Shown: positions 59,201 to 64,000 of the stretch, piece after piece
How positions within the stretch are numbered: the stretch's first letter is position 1
Layout: every line of letters starts with the position of its first letter
Assembly: GCF_009914755.1 (NCBI RefSeq)
Contig: NC_060937.1
DNA from: the human T2T-CHM13v2.0 reference genome, Homo sapiens
DNA length: 64,000 bases
Reading direction: 5' to 3' (one strand)
The notes under the pieces: generated by a model
Seen by the model: only the letters and a program-made list of their open reading frames with translations
Told to the model about the DNA's origin: nothing
Databases searched by the model: none
Translations under genes and position numbers: made by a program

Positions 59201-59754
59201 GCTTCATTGGCAGGTGAATCTGGACTTGGCCTTTTAGCTTAGAGACTGAAGCTCCATATTAAAAGCAGGAGAAGGATAGAGAGGCATCCCACATGAAGAA
59301 AGAAATCAGAACAGACGTGCAGAGGCAAAAGTAGTCATGGTCTGCGTCCTGGCTCAGGAGGACAGTATGTGTTGAAGAGCAAAGCCTGGAATGGGCTGAT
59401 GCCTGAAACCTGACGCCACCCCACCCATGTGCTTTATCTACTCACACTGTTTGCCCAGGAAATCTGGCACTCCACAATGAGAACAGGAACTGGGTGTCCC
59501 AGCTAATCTTCACTAATCTTCAGCTCGGTGGGTCCCATAGGGTTGTCATATTTGAAAAAAATAACAATAGGCTTTGATTAAAATACTTGGAGATGAAGCA
59601 GAATGCTCCTGCCAAAGCTTCCCTCAATTAACATAAGAGGAACAAGTTTATTTCCCAAGTTAATTATAGTATAATTTACCAGGTATCCAAATAAATGTGT
59701 TTAGAGGATAAGAGTTTTCCCCTCGAAAAATTCTTGACCGTAATTTTACATATA

Positions 59755-60820
59755 ATTCTTTTATTCAACAAATGTTCAATGTATGTTTGTTTTATATCCA
59801 ACACTTTTTAAGGAATTAGGAATACCATGGTGAATAACATAGACAACTTCTGCTAAATGCTTAGATGATGAAAGGCAAACAAATATATAAGAAAGAAAAT
59901 AATTAAGAAATACAGTTTTATGCCTAATTATGTCAGGTGGTGGTAAGTGCTGTGTCCCCAAAACACTTACTGATTTTCTCAAACTATTATAAAACAGAGA
60001 AGGCGCATAAAGAGTTCTGGACATGGGACTGAAGATTCTGTTTTAAATATGGTTGCCAGGTACGTCCTTACTGTATAAGAACATTCTCCATCAAGGACTT
60101 GAAGGAGATGAGGGAAGTCATCAAGTGGATGTAAAAAATAACACTGCTAGTAATAGGACCAGCAAATGCAAAGACCAGAGGAGAAAGACATCTGCTTTGT
60201 TTAAGGGACAGCAAATAGGTCTCCCTGCTACAGCAGAGTGAATACCGTGGAAATGGTAGAAGAGTTTTTAGTTGTAAGGCAAGAAGAGGGACCAACCATA
60301 GAGAGTCTTAGATGTCATCGTGGAGATTTCTATGGAGGTGAAATGGAAGCTACAGAAGGCAATAGAGGCTGATATGGTTCACAGCTTTAATAGTCTGCTG
60401 TCTGCTGAGATAAGAATTGACTATAGGACAAAGAGTAGATCCAGGTAGTGAGATGTTATTGCAATCACCTAGGAAAAAGATAGGATGATTTGAGCTAGAG
60501 TTGTAGTGGAGAGAAGTGGTCATATTTTGAAAATATTTTTAAAGTAGAGTTGAGAGGATTTGGTGTTGAATTTGACATGGGATGTGAGTCAAATTTCAGA
60601 GCCTGAGCCAAACGTCCCTATTTAATTATGATTAATATAATGGAAAAGGTGGGGGGAAATGGATTAAGAAAAGAAAGAAGTTTGATGTGGGAAACAGGTG
60701 AAGAAACCAGTAGAGATGTTAGATATCTAAATCTGAGTTCGGGAGATTTGAATGCATAGAAAATTTGATCATTAGCATGGGGCTGGTATTTGAAGCCATG
60801 AGACTGGACAGGGTCATTTT
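59755..60820 (-). mobile_element. L2 (L2a-like), about 1 kb
   Basis: TTATTCAACAAATG start; GGAGAGAAGTGGTCATATTTTGAAAATATTTTTAAAGTAGAG...GGATGTGAG; GGTATTTGAAGCCATGAGACTGGA. Confidence 0.75.
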
Positions 60821-61448
60821 AGTTTAGTGTATTTCCACATATTATATTTCAAGCATCATGCTAGATACTTTAACGTTTGGCCATTTTAAAAGCCCCTTGG
60901 TAAATTTCACAGGAATGAGGATTTGACTAACCTGTTGTTCTCAGATGTCTGACCTCAGTAGGATGCTTTATTTTATTGTATTTAATTCCCTATAAAATTC
61001 CAAAATATCAAAATAAGACCTATGCTTATTAGCAGGATTTTTCATGTACAATATTCCTACTCAGATAGGACTATATCACTTAATTTCACAGAAGTATCCT
61101 TCCCTGAGGTGATGATACTATTATATCACAATCATGAAGTCATGCTGACTTGTAGGCAACAATGGAGCTCACATTTTGATCTAAACTAATTTGCATGAAT
61201 TACTTAAATTATGAAAATACACACTTTCAGAGAGCAGACAGATTTTACTCTGAGTTGTGTCAAACTATCACTTAATAGTTCTCAAGGGCTCAAGTGTGGT
61301 GAAACCAGATGCTAGTGTATGTGTTTCCTGTTCCCTTCCAATTTTTTTCATCATGGTTCATCAGCAAATGCTATGAAGTCTAATTAATATAACTAATGGA
61401 TCTCTTGGCCATTGGACCATATATTTACATGAATTGCTCTGTGAAAGA

Positions 61449-61556
61449 GCTCTCTCTCATGCACTCTCTCTCGCTCGCGTGCGTGCTCTCTCTCTCACTC
61501 CTGCGCTCTCTCTTTTCCTCTCTCCACCCCCCCACCCTCCCCACCCCCTTCTCTTT
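61449..61556. repeat. CT-rich low-complexity tract with C runs
   Basis: Directly visible. Confidence 0.8.
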
Positions 61557-62489
61557 CAAGAGCGGAACACTTTAGTGACCTCCATTTAACTGGCTGAACT
61601 AAGCAGCGATCTCTAAGGTAATAATGCACTGCTAAGAAACCTCAGCATAGACTATAATGCTACCACTAAAGCTTCTGTTCATGTTGTTCTAGGGCTCATA
61701 GAATGGAATATTGTAACCTAGCTCTGAGGAAGTTTGAGATTGTCTCATATTTTCTCGGTTAAACTAGAAAATAATTAATTATAGGGAAGGGACAAGAATT
61801 GCCCTGGCAGAGCCAGCCTGAGAAATAATTTCTGTTCATTCTCAATGTATTATCTGCTTTGTCCCTAGAGGCCCTCTTTTGTTACTCTTATATCAAAATC
61901 CTTTGGCCACTTAATTTTCCTGCCATGTCAACTCAAAAATCATACCTACAAAAGAGATTCAACTCTTTTCAACAAAAAGAGCTTCAACAGCTTCAACTCT
62001 TTTCAACAAAAGTTTTCAACTTTTTTCTTTTGCAAAAATATGTGCCAGCTATGAGATTGTAAGCTTTATAGTTATACATAGATGTTTTTATTTATAATCT
62101 TTCTCCTGCAAAACAGGATTAGAGAAAGTGAAGCAAAAAGAACATGTAATAAGATGAATAATGAATAGAAAAATAAATTGCTCTAAAGACAAAGGAAACT
62201 ATAAAAGGTAGATGACTAGAACTGTTTAGCAAGAAGAGACCTCATTCTTTCCATCAAATAGTGTGGTGTAATTAGCACAATGCACCTAATGGTTAATGAA
62301 TACATATTTGTTGAGGATATCATTAATAAACAACATGACCAATGAAAAACTAGTGAAAAAGATTTTTACTCTTCAGGAAGTAACTATTAGATAGGTATTG
62401 TACATTCCATCTTTAAAAGGTAGAGGAAAATATATATTGATCTGACCCATAAACGCAACGGGAAGACACAGAGTAACAATTATTGCCGG

Positions 62490-63750
62490 TGAATTTCAGC
62501 TCTCAGTCTATCTACCAACCTGTGTCACCAGGAACCTTCTTCAGACCCGTGCATCCAACTGCTTATTTATCTTTTGCACCTGGATATCCCTCAGGTACCT
62601 CCATTTAATTCATCTTCTTCCTCCAAACTGGTCAGCATCCAACCAGATCCAGAGAACTGTGAAGAGCTATTCTAGTCTCCACCCTTTCCCCTGTTGCTGA
62701 TCCAGTTAAGAGGTCCAAAGAATGTAGTTGAGAGGACACCATCTCTGTATCTAGTAGCATTTAGTTTTAACCTCATCCCTTAACTTAAAATCGACATGGC
62801 CTTCAGTAAGCGATTTACCTCCTCTGAATATCAATTGATAAAATAAAAAAAATTCCAAAATTAATTGTATTGAGGATTAAAATATCATGTCTGGTATATC
62901 ACAAGCTCTCAATAAACAGTTGTAGTATTGTTATTCAAATTGGTACACAGGCCTATCACTTCTCCTTCCTTTTAGATCTTTTTTTCCCTCTGTTCTCGCC
63001 TCTGAGTGCCCCAACCCAATCTCTCTTCCTCTGTCACCTTTTTAGGAAATCCATCCCCACCCAACTCACCCCACCACTCCTCACATTCCTTACATTCCTT
63101 TCTCTCCTACCCTGGCCTCCACCACAGCTCCTCCATCCCCACCTGTAATCCAGCCTCTACACGACTATCAGGGCTGTGGTTCTGAAAAGCAAATCTTATC
63201 ATGTTGCACCTTACGACATCTTTGAATCACACCTACTTGTCTCATGATAAATTCTAAACTCTTCAGTTTTAGGCTGACCGTGACCATTTTTGGTCAGACC
63301 CTGTCCGTCTCGCCCTCCTAATTCTCATTTCTCTCTACCAAATACTCCACCCCTTGTTCTGAACAACGTGGTTCTGCTTTCATCTCTTCATACTTAAATT
63401 TTTTCCTAGACCCTTAACTTTGCTCACAATGTTCCTGCCATCTGGAATAGCATTTTCCCTGTTGGCCTAGAAAATTTGACTATTCCTTTGTGGTGGAATT
63501 CAGTCTTCACCTCCCCGTGAGTGACCTTCTTAGGACAAATTGACTGCATTTCATTTTGTAGTCTCACAGTTCATTAGGCAGTCTTCAAATGTCCAGTATG
63601 ACAGTGCAAGATATTTGTTGTTTATATGCATATTTCCCCCACTGGCTTTGAGAAACTTGAGGGATTGTTGTAGCCATTTGTATCCCCAGTGTGTAGATGC
63701 ATAGCATGCATCTATTTGTGTTTTGAATGAATGAGTGAATTAATGAATGA
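62490..63750 (+). mobile_element. L2 fragments ending in (TGAA)n, with a MIR at about 62720-62935
   Basis: CACCTGGATATCCCTCAGGTACCTC; GTTCCTGCCATCTGGAAT; TTTGTATCCCCAGTG...TGAATGAATGAGTGAA; MIR TGAGGATTAAA...CTCAATAAA. Confidence 0.7.
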
Positions 63751-64000
63751 TGAGAAAGCAATGACCTATGTTTTGTCTCTACCTCTTACATTATAAATAG
63801 ACTGATTCAACTGAAGTTTCCAGTTCCTATTCCTTTTGCTGTTGTCATTGTATATGTTAGCAAAAAGCTTCATCCCTTTCAAAAATTTATTCTGTAATAG
63901 CAATAAATTCAGTGTCTTCTGGGAGCAACATTGTGCTCTCTCTCTCCCCGTTTTGCCTATTGCTACTTTGAAGAGTATGTGTTTATGACTTTATAGATTA

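Overview
This is AT-rich, CpG-poor primate non-coding DNA, almost certainly human because it carries a consensus-matching AluYa5 at 40607-40907. It looks like a large intron or an intergenic region. I found no credible protein-coding gene, tRNA, rRNA, CRISPR array or prokaryotic system. The ORFs I can assign are translations of Alu, L1 ORF2 remnants, LTRs or microsatellites; the rest are short and show no recognisable protein family. The window is a mosaic of about 15 Alu elements or fragments, L1s of several ages, L2, MIR, MaLR/ERVL LTRs and DNA-transposon relics (MADE1, Tigger4/MER46, MER3). Repeat-poor blocks between them could hold enhancers. I cannot support a novel biological system. The best observations are mechanistic: a twin-primed 5'-inverted L1PA2 whose target-site duplication (TSD) grew a microsatellite, a young AluYa5 at the junction of a large L1 deletion, an Alu lacking both ends, foldback sequence at two retroelement 5' junctions, and a nested palindrome/28-bp tandem repeat at 56167-56260. 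Subfamily names and old-repeat boundaries come from recalled consensus sequences and need RepeatMasker/Dfam confirmation.
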